Of a DNA stretch of 64,000 bases, positions 63,452 to 64,000 are shown piece by piece; positions within the stretch are counted from its first letter, which is position 1, and each line of letters begins with the position of its first letter. The stretch lies in assembly GCA_036848375.1 (NCBI GenBank), contig DAIUKG010000006.1:44941-108940 (forward strand). The letters are read 5' to 3'. The notes below the pieces were generated by a model, which saw nothing but the letters and a program-made list of their open reading frames with translations, did not search any database and had not been told where the DNA came from. Made by a program: the position numbers and the translations under genes. The DNA comes from Spirochaetota bacterium. Its GTDB lineage: Bacteria > Spirochaetota > UBA4802 > UBA5550.

Positions 63452-64000
63452 TCAGGCCTGGGGGCTCGTCTCCCCGTTATTGTGGGTATCGTTGTTATTA
63501 TAGCCTTTTAACTGGTAGAATAAAACCGCCCTGCGTACGAGGTCGCTGTGGTTTTTTATGCCGAGTTTTTCTTTAATGTGCCTTTTATATGTCTGGACAG
63601 TGTTAATGCTTATCCCGGTTTTCTGGGCTATCTCAGTAGTCTCGAGGCCGTTGCCGATCATTTGAAAAATTTCAAATTCCCGGTTGCTGAGGTTGTCCGA
63701 AATATTGTCATGCTGATTGTTTTCTTTAACGTAGGTTTTATGGATGAGCTGCTTTGACATCGCTTCGCTTAAATAAAGTTCACCGCTCAGAACTTTATTT
63801 ATCGCGTCAATGATGGTGTCATAAGCATTTTTTTTCGCTACATAGCCCCGTGCTCCTGCGCGGATGGCCCGTTCAACATACATGATATCATTATGCATTG
63901 ATAAAACCAGTGTTTTAATGCCTGAAAACCGGTTTTTTACCGCTTTAATGAGCTCAAGTCCGCTCATGTCATCATCAAGAGATATGTCCACAAGCACCAG
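63452..64000 (-). CDS. NarL/FixJ-family response regulator (receiver + LuxR HTH), N-terminus beyond the window
   Basis: C-terminal LuxR HTH EFEIFQMIGNGLETTEIAQKTGISINTVQTYKRHIKEKLG. The receiver domain continues off the window edge. Confidence 0.8.
   Translation of the reverse strand: MVLVDISLDDDMSGLELIKAVKNRFSGIKTLVLSMHNDIMYVERAIRAGARGYVAKKNAYDTIIDAINKVLSGELYLSEAMSKQLIHKTYVKENNQHDNISDNLSNREFEIFQMIGNGLETTEIAQKTGISINTVQTYKRHIKEKLGIKNHSDLVRRAVLFYQLKGYNNNDTHNNGETSPQA

Overview
This 64-kb window is bacterial chromosome of moderate GC from an organism I cannot name. Conserved housekeeping genes (cysS, rlmB-like, lepA, a YgiQ radical-SAM gene, glgP, a complete atpIBEFHAGDC operon, folE2, map, recA, leuA) are interspersed with accessory-looking DNA. 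The first ~5 kb is the most unusual part. A ~120-bp structured repeat occurs twice in inverted orientation (1124-1243 and 4711-4828). Between and beside the copies lie an AT-rich pair of hypothetical genes, a 690-nt GC-rich non-coding block full of hairpins (possible large ncRNA or mobile-element remnant), an orphan higA next to a higB toxin gene cut off by a G/C-palindrome element, and an acidic lipoprotein. A third, expanded copy of the repeat (13115-13288) sits inside a ~0.95-kb vapBC toxin-antitoxin islet. That islet is inserted exactly at the 3' end of rlmB and is followed by a divergent duplicate of the last ~45 nt of rlmB, which looks like the scar of a site-specific insertion with no integrase present. 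Other points: a Leu-rich leader peptide with terminator and anti-terminator pairing upstream of leuA; a short 'GCTCTGACCCC' plus GNRA-hairpin repeat module in two divergent promoter regions; an 11-bp x4 tandem repeat; a PHP-phosphoesterase::GT4 fusion gene; a giant repetitive surface lipoprotein; and two co-translated large acidic proteins (a GAF-GAF-degenerate-GGDEF protein plus a 607-aa poly-acidic protein) downstream of the atp operon. No rRNA, tRNA, CRISPR array or transposase/integrase gene was recognised.
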